Shown: in pieces, positions 12,956 to 26,330 of the stretch | Position numbering within the stretch: the stretch's first letter is position 1 | Layout of the letters: every line of letters begins with the position of its first letter | Assembly: GCA_013265495.1 (NCBI GenBank) | Contig: MU063898.1 | Location: 3,485,365 to 3,549,364, forward strand | DNA from: Vicugna vicugna | Taxonomy: Eukaryota | DNA length: 64,000 bases | Direction: 5' to 3' | Made by a program: the position numbers and the translations under genes | The notes under the pieces: model-generated | The model's database searches: none | Told to the model about the DNA's origin: nothing | Seen by the model: the letters and a program-made list of their open reading frames with translations, nothing else

Positions 12956-15019
12956 GCACGCATACCTCTGGACATGTGTGTGGGGCCATCCTTATGCAGA
13001 CAGAGGTCTACGTGTTTCTACTGATACACAGGGACACGGAGACATTTACACAAACACTGAACTATAGAGATTTATTTCTAGGTAGATATATGTTTTAAAT
13101 ATGTTCTCACTGGCATTTTCATGCTCACAGCATCACATGCGTATTACACAGAGACATAGTTGCTACTCAAACACACATGCATACACATGTTCCTGCCTGT
13201 ACATGCAATCTAAGTGCGTTTGCTCATCACGAAGACATACAGATGTGCACACATGCACATGTATAGAAATGTGCATGTGGGCACATGTGGGAATATTCGT
13301 GCATGTGGGTGTGTGTTTGGAAACACACAAGCACGTAGGCACTTGTGCCCAGAAACATATACATGCACACAGACTAACCAGAGGTGATGGATCTATAAAG
13401 AAATCTCTCCATGCATATGTGCACACGGATGGTGCTATATACATTTAGACAGATATGCTTTTATATATAGAGAGAGATACATTATATAGAGTTTCAGGAG
13501 GAGAGAAGGGGGAGATGGATGGATTTAGCAGAGATGCTTCCATATGCAGAAGCATAAACCTACACATATAGACACACAGACCTAGAGACCCACTCAAAGA
13601 TATACACAGGCAAACTCACACACAGCCTTACTCAGATGCACAAGAGGAGCACGCAAGTCACTTGCACATGCAGAAACTCTGGGTTATTCACAGAGATAAG
13701 AGCACGTGCTCAGAGTTGTACACGGACCACACCCATAGAGGCTCCCAAAGAGACGGACACAGAAGCTTGTGCAGATGCATGCAGATCCGTATGCACAGAT
13801 TTATATGCATGCAGACATACCACACGAATGTACAGGTGGACACGGACAACCACAGACATACCTGAACAAACACGGAGGCACACAAGCACACACAGAAGCA
13901 TGCGTGTCCAATGACCTGTGCATATAATCCTGTACACATGGACACACAAATGTGCAGGACGCAGATGAATATTTGCACACAGTCAACATGAGAACTAAAC
14001 GTGTCCACACAGGCGTAGATGCTGTCATACACATGGTCTCATGCAAAGATAGAGACACAAGACCCAGGGACAGTCCCACAGGGCTCCACATGTACACATA
14101 GATGTGGATGCTGCCCCTAAGAAGACAAGCATTCACCCACTCAGAGGGTGACGCATTCCAGACCCCCCAACCGACACAAGCACACAGAGGTATATAAATG
14201 CACTCGTCTTTACAGACACACGAATCCACATGCAAATGTACACTCAGATGCCAGGCATACCCACCCAGGAATACACAAACACGCCACACGCTCAGCCTAC
14301 AGAAGTGAGAGGCACACACATATATCTGCAGACAACGCAGACCTAAGCACACTGAAAAAATACAGACATATCCACAGGCACAGATGTTCAGAGCGCATCC
14401 TCACATATACACACATCGGTGTGCTCACACACACACAAACGCAACACACAATGATCTACACAGCGCTCAGTCCTAAATGTACATCAGATATACGAATGCA
14501 GAGACACATATACATCTGCCAACACGGGCATACAGATGCATTCATGGACTTATGCTACAAACAGAAACACAGACCTACACGTGTGCAGGCATAGAGACAC
14601 AAGCTGATTTATACACATGGAAACACAGAGACGCAACACGTATAAAAAGACACGTGAACACTTTTTCAAAGGAGGCTATGACTTTTAATGTATCTTTTTC
14701 TTAGCCTCTTCATGAGAAAATGAAAATTATTGAGCTCCCTCTGATGACTATGTTGTGTAAAAGCAGGCATGGAAATTACCAGAAAGATCTCCAAAAGATC
14801 TGGATTTCATGTGTGTTTGTGTGTGCACGCACACACACATGCATACATACTTCCACATGCACAGAATCACAGGCATAGAGTCACACAGAAGAACAGAAGT
14901 ATAAATGTGCATAGTCAAATAGAGATAGTTAGTTACACACACACACGCCACCAAAACATCACACAGTGTGATATTTAAGGACACGGCTATTAATTTGAAG
15001 ACAAACAAAACCAAACCTG

Positions 15020-15200
15020 CATTTGCATCCCAGCCCCAGCACTTCCTAGCTCAGTGATTGGGGGTCGTTTTCCCACTTTCTCACCTGTGTCGTGACGGTA
15101 ACGTGAACACCTATTTCTTAGAGCTGTTTGAAGATTCCATAAAATGGGTTTACGCCCGTTCTTGGACTGTCACAGATGCTGCTGCTGTAGTTTTGCCAGA
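15020..15200 (+). mobile_element. MIR SINE (degenerate)
   Basis: CCCAGCACTTCCTAGCTCAGTGA..TCTCACCTGT..TTCTTAGAGCTGTTTGAAGATT. Confidence 0.6.
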
Positions 15201-15667
15201 ACTGAAGTTCTTAGCTGGACAGGGTTTGAGTTTTGTGGTTAAAGTGTATGGTTATACCATAGAGATGTATTAATTAACATTATTTGTAAGTGATAATAAT
15301 GAAGAACAGATTACCTTCACAGACAAGGCCATTTCTGAAATTTTCAGAGTTCCTAAGGGCTTATGACTGCCCTTAGCAGATGGAAAGACCTAAAACAAAT
15401 ATTTCCTGCTATTGTTGTTTGTTGTGGTTGTCACTGTTATGTTATTCATCTCCTTTTCCTTCTGCAGGAGGAGACAGAAGACAGAGCCACGGAAGCCGGG
15501 ATGAGGGATTCTTGTCCATTGCACATTTGCCACCTAGTGACCATTTTGAGTAAGTACAGTATTTGTGGATTGCTTAGAAACATCCCTAAAATTCTACCAC
15601 TGCAAGGTTGTGTAACTGCCCTGGCGAATAAGCCAGTAGATATCAAGTTATAGTGGTTTCTACCCTA

Positions 15668-16482
15668 CGGTAGTTCCTCCTTTTCCACCATTTCCATTTC
15701 CAAGATTTCAGTTACCCGCACTCAATTGTGATCCAAAAATATTAAATGGAAAATTCTGGAAATAAACAATTCATCAGTTTTAAATTGCACGTCATTCTGA
15801 GTAGTATGATGAAATATCGCGCCATCCTGCTCCGTCTCACCCAGAATGTGAGTCATCCCTTAGTCCTGCACATTCTGCCCGTTAGTTACTAGGTTATGAG
15901 GTAGACTGTCAAGTTATCACAGTGCTTGTGTCCAAGTGACCCTTATTTTACTTAATAATGGCCCCAAAGTGCAAGAGTAGTGCTACTGGCAATTTGGACA
16001 TGCCAAAGAGAAGCTGTAAGATGCTTCCTTTAAGTGAAAAGGTGAAAGATCTCAACTTAAGGAAAAAAAATCATATCCTGAGGTTACTAAGAAAGGTTGG
16101 CAAAAGTTGGTGAGAACGAATCTCCTGCTTGTGAATTGTGAAGAAGGAAAAAGAAATTCATACTAGTTTTACTGTTGCACCTCAAACTGTAAAAATTACA
16201 GCTACAGTGTGTAATAAGTGCTTAGTTAAGATGGAAGCGGCATTACATTTGTACAGTATNNNNNNNNNNNNNNNNNNNNNNNNNNNNNNNNNNNNNNNNN
16301 NNNNNNNNNNNNNNNNNNNNNNNNNNNNNNNNNNNNNNNNNNNNNNNNNNNNNNNNNNNNNNNNNNNNNNNNNNNNNNNNNNNNNNNNNNNNNNNNNNNN
16401 NNNNNNNNNNNNCTATCCACAGTTTCAGGCATGCACTTGGGGGTCTTGGAACATATCCCTTGGAAATAGGAGGAGGCTACTG
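15668..16482 (+). mobile_element. MER44/Tigger7-type TcMar DNA transposon derivative
   Basis: Termini CGGTAGTTCC... and ...GGAGGCTACTG flanked by TA. The internal ATGGCCCCAAAGTGCAAGAG...CCAAAGAGAAGC...GAAAAGGTGAAAG matches the recalled MER44 consensus. Contains N gap 16260-16412. Confidence 0.85.
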
Positions 16483-17011
16483 TATTCAGAAATTAAAGAT
16501 AATAATAAAATAAAAGAGAATATTTCTTTCTAATATTCCTTTGCCCCACTCAGTTTTCCTCTGGGCTTCATTGAGACTGTGTTCTATAATAGTGTTCTTC
16601 AAACTTTCTAATTATAGGCCACCTAAAATAATTTTGAAAAACTATCCACCCCATCAAACATCTTGAAGTTACCATCTGAAATTTCTTATCATATGTTTAA
16701 TTATTGGCACAGTTATCATTCATGACATATTATAAATACACTTTAAAATAAAATGATTCAATCACACTTTTACATGCATCCAATGAGCTAGAAATACCAA
16801 TGGTAACTTGACAGTCATCATTTTTTTTGACTTTAATACTTTCATTGTGAGAAAATGCATATAATTAGCAGTGTTTGGATATTCCATTATAGTCGAGAAG
16901 AAATAGAAATTATGGAATAATGGTTTTTCTACCTAGATTTCTTTGAAATAGTATTCATCTTACATGTAGTAATATCGAAATTTTTTGCCAGAATATTTGT
17001 TCTCCGGAACT

Positions 17012-20000
17012 CTTTTTTAAAATTTAACTTAATTTAGTTTAATTTAATTTAATTTTGTTTAAATTTTATTTTATTGAGTTATAGTCAGTTTACAAGGTTG
17101 TGTCAATTTCCAGTGTAGAGCACAATTTTTCACTTATACATGAACATACGTATATTCATTGTCACATTCTTTTTCACCGTGAGCTACCACAAGATCTTGT
17201 ATATATTTCCCTGTGCTATACAGTATAATCTGGTTTATCTATTCTATATATATACTGACAGGTATTGTCAATATCTATCAATTTCGAACTCCCAGTCTAT
17301 CCCTTCCCACACCCATCCCCCTGGCAACCACAAGTTTGTATTCTATGTCTATGAGTCTGTTTCTGTTTTGTATTTATGTTTATTTGACTTCTATTTTCTT
17401 TCTTTTTTTTAGATTCCACATATGAGTGATCTCATATGGTATTTTTCTTTCTCTTTCTGGCTTACTTTACTTAGAATGACATTCTCCAGGGACATTCATG
17501 TTGCTGCAANNNNNNNNNNNNNNNNNNNNNNNNNNNNNNNNNNNNNNNNNNNNNNNNNNNNNNNNNNNNNNNNNNNNNNNNNNNNNNNNNNNNNNNNNNN
17601 NNNNNNNNNNNNNNNNNNNNNNNNNNNNNNNNNNNNNNNNNNNNNNNNNNNNNNNNNNNNGGGTCTTTTTGAAATAGGGTTCCTTCTGGATATATGCCCA
17701 GGAGCAGGATTCCTGAGTCATATGGTAAGTCTATTCCTAGTCTTTTGAGGAATCTCCATACTGTTTTCCACAGTAGCTGCATCAAACTGCATTNNNNNNN
17801 NNNNNNNNNNNNNNNNNNNNNNNNNNNNNNNNNNNNNNNNNNNNNNNNNNNNNNNNNNNNNNNNNNNNNNNNNNNNNNNNNNNNNNNNNNNNNNNNNNNN
17901 NNNNNNNNNNNNNNNNNNNNNNNNNNNNNNNNNNNNNNNNNNNNNNNNNNNNNNNNNNNNNNNNNNNNNNNNNNNNNNNNNTTCACTGGAGAATTGCTTG
18001 TTAAGGGTCTTCTGCCCATTTTTGGATTGGGTTGTTTGTTTTTTCTTATTAAGTCATATGAGCTGTTTATATATTCTTCAGATCAAGCCTTTGTCAGTTT
18101 CATCTTTTGCAAAAATTTTCTCCCATTCCATAGGTTGTCTTTTTGTTGTACTTATGGTTTCCTTTGCTGTGCAAAAGCTTGCAAGTTTCATTAGGTCCCA
18201 TTTGTTTATTCTTGTTTTTATTTCTATCGCTTGGGTAGACTGCCCTAGGAGAACATTTTTGAGATGTATGTGAGATAATATTTTGCCTATGTTTTCTTCT
18301 AGGAAGTTTATTGTATCTTGTCTTATGTTTAAATCTTTGATCCATATCCATTTAGACTTTTGTGTATGGTGTAAGGGAGTGTTCTAGCTTCATTGCTTTA
18401 CATGCTGCTGTCCAGTTTTCCCAAAACCATTTGCTGAAGAGACTGTCTTTATTCCGTTGTATAGTCTTGCCTCCTTTCTCGAAGATTAGTTAACTGGAAG
18501 TTTGTGGGTTTATTTCTGGGCTCTGTGTTCTGTTCCATTGGTCTATATGTCTGTTTTTGTACCAATACCATGCTGTCTTGATGATTGTAGCTCTGTAGTA
18601 TTGTCTGAAGTCTGGGAGGGTTATTCCTCCAGCCTCTTTCTTTTTCTTCACTTCANNNNNNNNNNNNNNNNNNNNNNNNNNNNNNNNNNNNNNNNNNNNN
18701 NNNNNNNNNNNNNNNNNNNNNNNNNNNNNNNNGTAATTTGATAGGGATTGCATTAAATCTGTAGATTGCCTTGGGCAGTGTGACCATTTTAACAATATTG
18801 ATTCTTCCAATCCAGGAGCATGGGATATCCTTCCATTTTTTTAAGTCTTCTTTAAATTCCTTCATCAATGTTTTGTAGTACTCCTTGTATAAGTCTCTCA
18901 CCTCCTTGGTTAGATTTATTTCTAGGTATTTTATTACTTTAGGTGCTATTTTAAAAGGGATTATTTCTTTACTTCTTTTCCTGTTGATTTATCATTAGTG
19001 CAAAGAAATGCAACTGATTTTTGTGTGTTACTCTTGTAACCTGCTGCCTTGCTGAATTCTTTGATTAGTTCCAGTAGTTTTTGTGTGGACCTTTCAGGGT
19101 TTTCTATATATATATATCATGTCCTCTGCATATAGTGACAATTTTACCTCTTCTTTTCCAGTTTGGATCCCTTTTATTTCTCTCTCTTGCCTGATTGCTG
19201 TGGCTAGGACTTCCAAGACTATGTTGAATAGGAGTGGTGATAGTGGGCATCCTTGTCTTGTCCCAGATTTTAGTGGGAAGCTTTTGAGTTTTTCACCANN
19301 NNNNNNNNNNNNNNNNNNNNNNNNNNNNNNNNNNNNNNNNNNNNNNNNNNNNNNNNNNNNNNNNNNNNNNNNNNNNNNNNNNNNNNNNNNNNNNNNNNNN
19401 NNNNNNNNNNNNNNNNNNNNNNNNNNNNNNNNNNNNNNNNNNNNNNNNNNNNNNNNNNNNNNNNNNNNNNNNNNNNNNNNNNNNNNNNNNNNNNNNNNNN
19501 NNNNNNNNNNNNNNNNNNNNNNNNNNNNNNNNNNNNNNNNNNNNNNNNNNNNNNNNNNNNNNNNNNNNNNNNNNNNNNNNNNNNNNNNNNNNNNNNNNNN
19601 NNNNNNNNNNNNNNNNNNNNNNNNNNNNNNNNNNNNNNNNNNNNNNNNNNNNNNNNNNNNNNNNNNNNCTATTCAGTGCCCTGATACCTATTTGGTATCA
19701 GGGTGATGGTGGCTTCATAGAATGAGTTTGGGAGTACTCCCTCCTTTTCAGTCTTCTGGAGGAGTTTGAGAAGGACTGGTATGAGTTCTTCTTTATATGT
19801 TTGGTAGAATTCTCCGGTGAAGCTGTCCGGTCCTGGACTTTGATTTGTAGGGAGATTTTTCATTGCTAATTCGATTTCATTTCTAGTGATCGGTTTGTTC
19901 AAGTGGTCAGTTTCTTCTTGATTCAGTCTTGGTGGACTGTATGTTTCCAGAAACTTGTCCATCTCCTCTTGGTTACCCATTTTGTTTCCATAGAGTTGTT

Positions 20001-20420
20001 CATAAAATTCTTGTATGATATTTTGTATTTCTATGGTATTGTTTGTAATTTCTCCATTTTCCTTTCTTATTTTGCTTATTTGTGCTCTATTTTCTCTTCT
20101 TTGTGAGCTTGGCCAAAGGTTTGTTGATTTTATTTACTCTTTCAAAAAACCAGCTCTTGGTTCGATTGATATTTTCTACTTTTTTTTAATCTCTATTTTA
20201 TTTATTTCCTCCCTGATCTTTGTTATTTCCTTCCTTCTGCTGACTTTTGGGTTTGTTTTGGTTTTTTTATTTTTTTTTTTGCTCTTCTTTTTCTAATTCT
20301 TTTAGCTGGTAGGTTAGTTTGTTTATTTGAGATTGTTCTTTTCTGAAGAAGGCCTATATCGCTAAGCACTTCCCTCTTAGCACTGCCTTCGCTGCATCCC
20401 ATAGATTTTGTGTGGTTGTG
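17012..20420 (-). mobile_element. 5'-truncated L1 (camelid lineage), ORF2 remnants
   Basis: Minus-strand translations [15 protein letters not shown] and [33 protein letters not shown] are L1 ORF2 hallmarks. The poly(T) tail lies near 17012-17070. Contains four N gaps. Confidence 0.95.
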
Positions 20421-21654
20421 TCACCATTGTTGATTTAAGAGCAAACAAGTAAGAAAAAGCCATGAACAGGCAGAAATGTTACATGATGTTTTGTCTCCTT
20501 AAACTCACCATTCCACTCAACTTTCCTGAGGTAATTTATTCTAAAGTAATAAATATATTTTTATTTTTAAAGTCCTTTTATTGGTCACCCTACCAAACAT
20601 CTCTACAAAAAAAAATATGATTTGAAATAAATTTTCCTATAACTCTAAGCCTCTAAGTATTAAATATTTTATCATTAAATTATTAGTAGTACACAGTTTA
20701 TCTGAACAGTATATAATATTACACATTTTGATAAGTAATTATTAAAAATTAAAACTAGAATTTGGTTGGAAATGCTTTAAGTAAATTTGATTGTTTATTT
20801 CCCCCAAATTAGTTCATGACTCCAAGAATGACTATTACTTACTTCTAATGAGACAGAGTGCAGTATGAATTTTATTCCTATTTTTCACTTTTGTAGATAC
20901 AAAGACTCAGGAAATTTAGTTCCCATAAATAAGTAGAAGGGAATGGAATGAATGTTCAAGTCACAGGTCAAAAATCATACGGTGACCAGTCATAAAAAAT
21001 AATTTTCAATGATTTAAAGTTTTTTAATTTGTAGTTTTAGCAGACAATTTGATTGGGCCTATCTTTAATTCTTTGAAACAAAGAAGCCCAATTTATAGAA
21101 GGATTTGTTGCTGTATCATTAATTTCTGAGTTTCTGGGAGGTTTACCAAAATGACTTAACCAAGATTTAGTAAATGACTATTATGTCTGTCATACTTTCA
21201 TTTTGAAGCATTATTTTTAATCCAATGTACTTACAAAAGATTGGGAAAATCAAAATACATAGATCAATGTGCCTTAGCCAAAACAGTAATTTTGGTAAAA
21301 TCCTTTTAATTTATTAGTCCCTTAAATATAAAACTTAGGCTGCAGATTTTGATCATCAATTTCATAGAAAATATTTATAATATAACTCAATTGGCAAAGG
21401 CAATGTTCCTATCAAAATAATCAGCCAAATCAGCTTTACCTTCAGATAAAGTGTCTGACTTCACTTTTCAGTGAAAAATATGAATTAATATACATTTAGA
21501 GGAACATTGTTTAAACCAAGAAAAATCAATTTTGGGACACCTCTTGTTAAATAGTTTACTAACAAAGTAAATAGAAGATTAAAATGATAATAAGATTTTT
21601 TTTATCCACTTCAAAATAAGTTAAATAATGACTTTCTCATATGTAATTTTATTT

Positions 21655-21885
21655 TATTTTATTTTATTTTTTAAACATTTTTTATTGATTTATAATCATT
21701 TTACAATGTTGTGTCAAATTCCAGTGTAGAGCACAATAGTTCAATTATACAAGAACATATATATTCATTGTCACAATTTTTTCTCTGTGAGCTACCATAA
21801 GATCTTGTATATATTTCCCTGTGCTATATAGTATAATCTTGTTTATCTATTCTACAATTTTGACATCCCAGTCTATCTCTTTCCA
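21655..21885 (-). mobile_element. L1 3'-end fragment (camelid type)
   Basis: TTTATTGATTTATAATCATTTTACAATGTTGTGTCAAATTCCAGTGTAGAGCAC, homologous to 17070-17260. Confidence 0.85.
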
Positions 21886-22539
21886 ATTAAACCATGCTTT
21901 ATGTAGATAACATTATATTTCATGTATAAAGCAAGGAATTGGATGGCATGCATAGTTTCCATTGGTAAACATGTATCCTGGTGTTGGGTTTCTGGAAATA
22001 ATTAACTAAGAATAATGTAAAAAAAAGGTAAAAAAAACAAATTTTCTTGGGCCACAGAATCAAACTTTTCAACCACATTTTATAAAAGACAAAAATATAT
22101 ATAGCTAAAAAATGGTTGGGCTGGCAGACTACCATATTTTATTTTTTGATAATAAGAGGTAGAAAATATGTAATTATTTATAGAATTAAATGCAGATTGA
22201 TTTTAATTGGAAAAGATATTTCAAGATACTATCTGAGAAAACAGGTTTTAAGCAGTTCAATTGAATGATGTACCTTATCTGAAAGAAATCACATGCAGTT
22301 TCTATGTGTAAGTTTTACCAGTGTAAACATTTTGTAGTACAGGAAAACCTTCCGATTATACTTAATAGAGTCAGCATCAACAGTATATAGTGCTATTAGT
22401 TAGGAGGTGCTTTTCTTTCCAGTTAATGACACTTGTAAGTGATTAGTATTGAGAATAGTTGCGAAATAATGCTTAGTTTGAAGCGAGTAGGAAAAAAATT
22501 GTTCTTGGGCAGATCAATTTTAGGCAAGAAGACACATGA

Positions 22540-22645
22540 ATGTTGAGAATCTGAGAGTGGATTTCCTGCAAACTACACTCATTCGCATACTTTCTGAAAA
22601 GAATTCATGTACCAGTAGCCTAGTTTGAAGACCATTGTTCTAGAC
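22540..22645. mobile_element. MER5A fragment
   Basis: GAATCTGAG..GCCTAGTTTGAAGACCATTGTTCTAG. Confidence 0.5.
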
Positions 22646-22844
22646 CATCTCCAGCAAGATTGCTCCAGAGCAATATATTGTCATTGTTAAGATAACCAAT
22701 TTATTGTAATTCATAGTCCCAAGAGTTCAGTGGAAGTAGCTGCCACTCTTGAATTTCTGCTAAATGCTTCTATGACTCATCATGTTTGAGCAAAATGTTC
22801 TGAAAGATATTATTTTGTTTTGCTGATAAATATATATATTGACT

Positions 22845-23175
22845 AGACCTTCATTGTCCCGTATGGGAGCTATTAACCACATGGGACTATTGATATCTGA
22901 AGTATGATTAGTACAAACTGTGATATATTCTATGTGTAAAATACAACCAACACACAGCAGATTTCAAAGACAGGGCAAATATAAATAAAAGATTTCATTA
23001 ATATTTTTATATTAATTATATGTTGAGATAATAATTGTTTAGACCTATTGAATTAAATAACACACTTTATTAAAATTAATTTCACCTGCCTTTTAAACTT
23101 TTTAAAATATTGCAGCATGAAAATTAAAATTACATATATGGTCTGCATTATATGTATGATATAATAGTGCTGCCC
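22845..23175. mobile_element. MER3/MER33-type hAT-Charlie MITE
   Basis: TGTCCCGTATGGGAGCTATTAACCACATG..TTAAAATTAATTTCACC..ATTAAAATTACATAT. Confidence 0.6.
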
Positions 23176-24629
23176 TGGAGCTCATATTGGGATATTCTCT
23201 AACTTCCTCCAAAAGCATGACTGCAGAAAACACTGATTTTCCACTAATATTGGTATTGTGATGTAGCCAGTACCTTATACTAGGGTTTGGGTTTCTGGGT
23301 TGAGGAATTTCTAGTTGTTAGGCACGAAAAAGTAAAAAAAAGAAAAACAAAAACCACACAAAACAACAACAACTAAAAACCAAACAAATGATGTTCCACT
23401 AAGGATATTTAAAAAGCAGTCTTTTATTAGTACCTAGAAAATTTCCTAGTAGGAACTTTAGATGGCTTCTGAGCGGGTACATGTGAAAGCTTTCGAACTC
23501 TTCAAAACTGTCAGTGGTAGATAGTGCATTCCATTGAAGATATGAAGTGTTTCGTCACATTTGAGATATTTTTTGCGTAATTATGTTTTTATGTGACACT
23601 AAGAAAGGAAAAAACCCTCCAAATAAACTGTGATGTAGTGCTTTCACATCCATAGAATTTTAATTTTATACTTACTGAAAGAGCTCTTTTTGGCGTATCA
23701 TATCTCATGATACCATAAGAGCCACGGCCAAGTTTGAGTATACAAGGCAATGACATCTCCCTCTCCACTGCATTGTGGCCCACAGTGGTTGTAAAATGCC
23801 ACAGATTATAAGGCACATTCTGATTTCAGAGATGTGAACATGTGAAGAAAATAGGCATCTCAGAATTGGTTAAATATGTAAGTCGTTTGTCAAGATAAAA
23901 GGATGATGGAGGACAGAAAGCCAGACTCCAAGACATCAGTCTAGTGAAAGCACCTTTTTCTGTGTATGATTGTATTTACAAACACCAAAATGTGTCTCTT
24001 ATTTAAAAATCGATCATAGTACACTTAAATAACATCAGATTGTACATTTCATCTTAATTGTTCGACGGTTTTCTTAGCTTTCTTTTATTTGCTTCCTGGC
24101 TTGGAAGTGGGAGAGCGAGGGAAGAATTGTGATGAGTAGGGCTATTGCTAGGCACAGATTGAACCTCTCTAGACTGAAAATGCCTAGCATTTCTGTTGTG
24201 AGAACCACTTAGCACGGTTTTGTGTGAGGCTCTGCCTTCAATGGCACTGTTTGTTCATGAGTGGACTAACCCAGGGAGCCTTTCTCTTGGTCGGGGCTTG
24301 GCTTAGTTTTAACGTATTCAGTGTATCCTTTTTTGATTGAAGGGCCCAAGAGAGGGAGGAATGGAGATTGAATTGCTTTCCTAGCTTTTGTTTTGCATAG
24401 TATTTGAGAGGCTCAGCAAGATGAATAAAAACTCCAGAGGAAGTACATTATGTCAAGAATCAATGAGAAAAAACCCATCTAGGTTTGTCATCCAGGAATG
24501 GTGGTGCATCTCTGATTCTAATGATACTCATGATGAAAGAGATTTACAAGAGTTACAAAATTAATGGTTTTCATGAGAAGAGTGAGAGAACCAAAACCAT
24601 GCTTCCTCCCTTGTCCCTGCACTTGTGCT

Positions 24630-24815
24630 AAGACTGCAGTGTCTCTTGAGGGCTCCGAAGCCGGGCCCAGGTGCTGGGCTTGTGACCTGTGCGGAGTTTC
24701 ATGATGGGTTTAATGCTGTGCTGTCATCGTCTTAGAATTCTTAATACTTTTTTAAAAAGCAGGTCCTACATTTTCATTTCGCCCTGGGCCCCACAAATTA
24801 TGTAGCTGATCCTGT
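24630..24815. mobile_element. MER91-like hAT-Tip100 MITE
   Basis: TTTAATGCTGTGCTGTCATCGTCTTAGAATTCTTAATA..CATTTTCATTTCGCCCTGGGCCCCACAAATTATGTAGCTGATCCTG. Confidence 0.65.
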
Positions 24816-24989
24816 TCAAGAGGAGATACTTGCCAGAGAATAATGAACTGAAGTTACAAAGTTAAATTAGAGGCATGGCTTTTCTAATATTGTGCCCTGA
24901 ATTCTTTCTGTCAGTACTGATAAATATAGTATTTACAAGCTACTGTTGTTCTTAGGAATAACAGTTGGAGAAGCACATCATGGGAGTAA

Positions 24990-25195
24990 TAGTATCACTC
25001 AACAGTGCTTTGTATTGACTTCCCCAGTGATTCATAGACCTGGGTATCTTTTGGGTCTCTATTTTCTCATCTGTAGAATGGCAGTGACGTTATACCCACC
25101 CTCCTTCACCCCAGATATGGTTAATTGTCAGAATTAGATTGAAATGCCCATGAAAGCACTTGTGATCTGTAAAGTTTGAATCAGATGTAACAGAT
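24990..25195 (+). mobile_element. MIR SINE
   Basis: TTTTCTCATCTGTAGAATGG..GATTGAAATGCCCATGAAAGCACTTGTG. Confidence 0.65.
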
Positions 25196-25769
25196 TACTG
25201 ACTCCCTTCCCCAGCACGGAGTCTGGGTGGCAGCCATCAGCCTGGGGTCCTGGGGGGCTTGAGGTGAGCTCAGCAGTGAGGCTGCTCTGGCCCATGAAGG
25301 GAGAGCAGATACCCAAGAGGGTCCTAGAGCCAGAAAGTCAGTTCCCCTAAAATCTCAAGAGCCTGCCCAGTGCATCTTACTATCATTGAAAAGGCTGGGT
25401 CAAGGCTCTTGGATGGAAATCGTGGCTATGCGGACAGGGCTGGAGGGTTGAGAAGAGTGAAGAGGAAATGTGGCCGGCAGAGATCCTCTGAGCCCCTGGG
25501 GCACAGTTCCAAGGGCTTTTCCTGGGGCACGTGTGGCTACATCCAGGGTTGGGGAGGGCACGGCCATGGGTGCCAGCCACTTCAGATGGCCACGGATGTT
25601 TTCCTATTGCTCAGAATGGAACTGTATTCAGAGTTGCCATTATCTGAGTAAGAAAAGGATACTTTGGTCTCCATTGTGTAAAGGAACTCATTTTCCTGGC
25701 TGTAAACGGGGGGAAATGGCATAATGGAGAACTTGAAGAAGCCAGGAAATACCATGTTGCTTTTGTTTG

Positions 25770-26330
25770 TTTTGTTCACTTTTATTTTTTATTTATTTTA
25801 ATCTATTTTTATATATAGTGGCTAACATTTGTAAATCTCAAACTCCCAAATTTATCCCCTCCCACCCCTTTTCCCTGGTAACCATAAGATTGTTTACTAA
25901 GTCTGAGGGCCTGTTTGTAGATGAGCTCATAGTGTCCCTTATTTTTTTTTAGATTCCACGTATGGGTGATATCATATGGTATTTTTCTTTCTCTTTCTGG
26001 CTTTCTTCACTTAGAATGACGATCTCTCGGTCCATCCATNNNNNNNNNNNNNNNNNNNNNNNNNNNNNNNNNNNNNNNNNNNNNNNNNNNNNNNNNNNNN
26101 NNNNNNNNNNNNNNNNNNNNNNNNNNNNNNNNNNNNNNNNNNNNNNNNNNNNNNNNNNNNNNNNNNNNNNNNNNNNNNNNNNNNNNNNNNNNNNNNNNNN
26201 NNNNNNNTTTTCAAATTAGAGTTCCCTCCAGATTTATGCCCAGAAGTGGGATGGCTGGATCATAGGGTAAGTCTATTTTTAGTTTTTTGAGGAATCTCCA
26301 TACTGTTTTCCATAATGGCTGCACCCACAT
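25770..26330 (-). mobile_element. L1 3' fragment
   Basis: TAGATTCCACGTATGGGTGATATCATATGGTATTTTTC... and GGAATCTCCATACTGTTTTCCATAATGGCTG are homologous to the 17.4-17.8 kb L1. Contains N gap 26040-26207. Confidence 0.88.

Larger units (their letters stand above)
3030..15000. repeat. About 12-kb C/A-skewed low-complexity domain with a cryptic ~20-nt degenerate repeat
   Basis: The + strand is dominated by CAC/ACA/CAGAC. CCCC recurs at an exact 20-nt period at 3622, 3642, 3662, 3682, 3702 and 3722. Confidence 0.85.
16260..26207. other. Six assembly gaps (N): 16260-16412, 17510-17660, 17794-17981, 18656-18732, 19299-19668, 26040-26207
   Basis: N runs, all inside TE copies. Confidence 0.99.

Noticed and set aside
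3165-14704. Dozens of overlapping 60-280 aa ORFs rich in H/T/P/Q/R or C/V
   Set aside because: These are expected from CA/TG low-complexity DNA depleted of stop codons. They show no recognisable domains or exon structure.
16260-26207. N runs as possible biological feature
   Set aside because: They are assembly gaps confined to TE copies, consistent with short-read repeat collapse.
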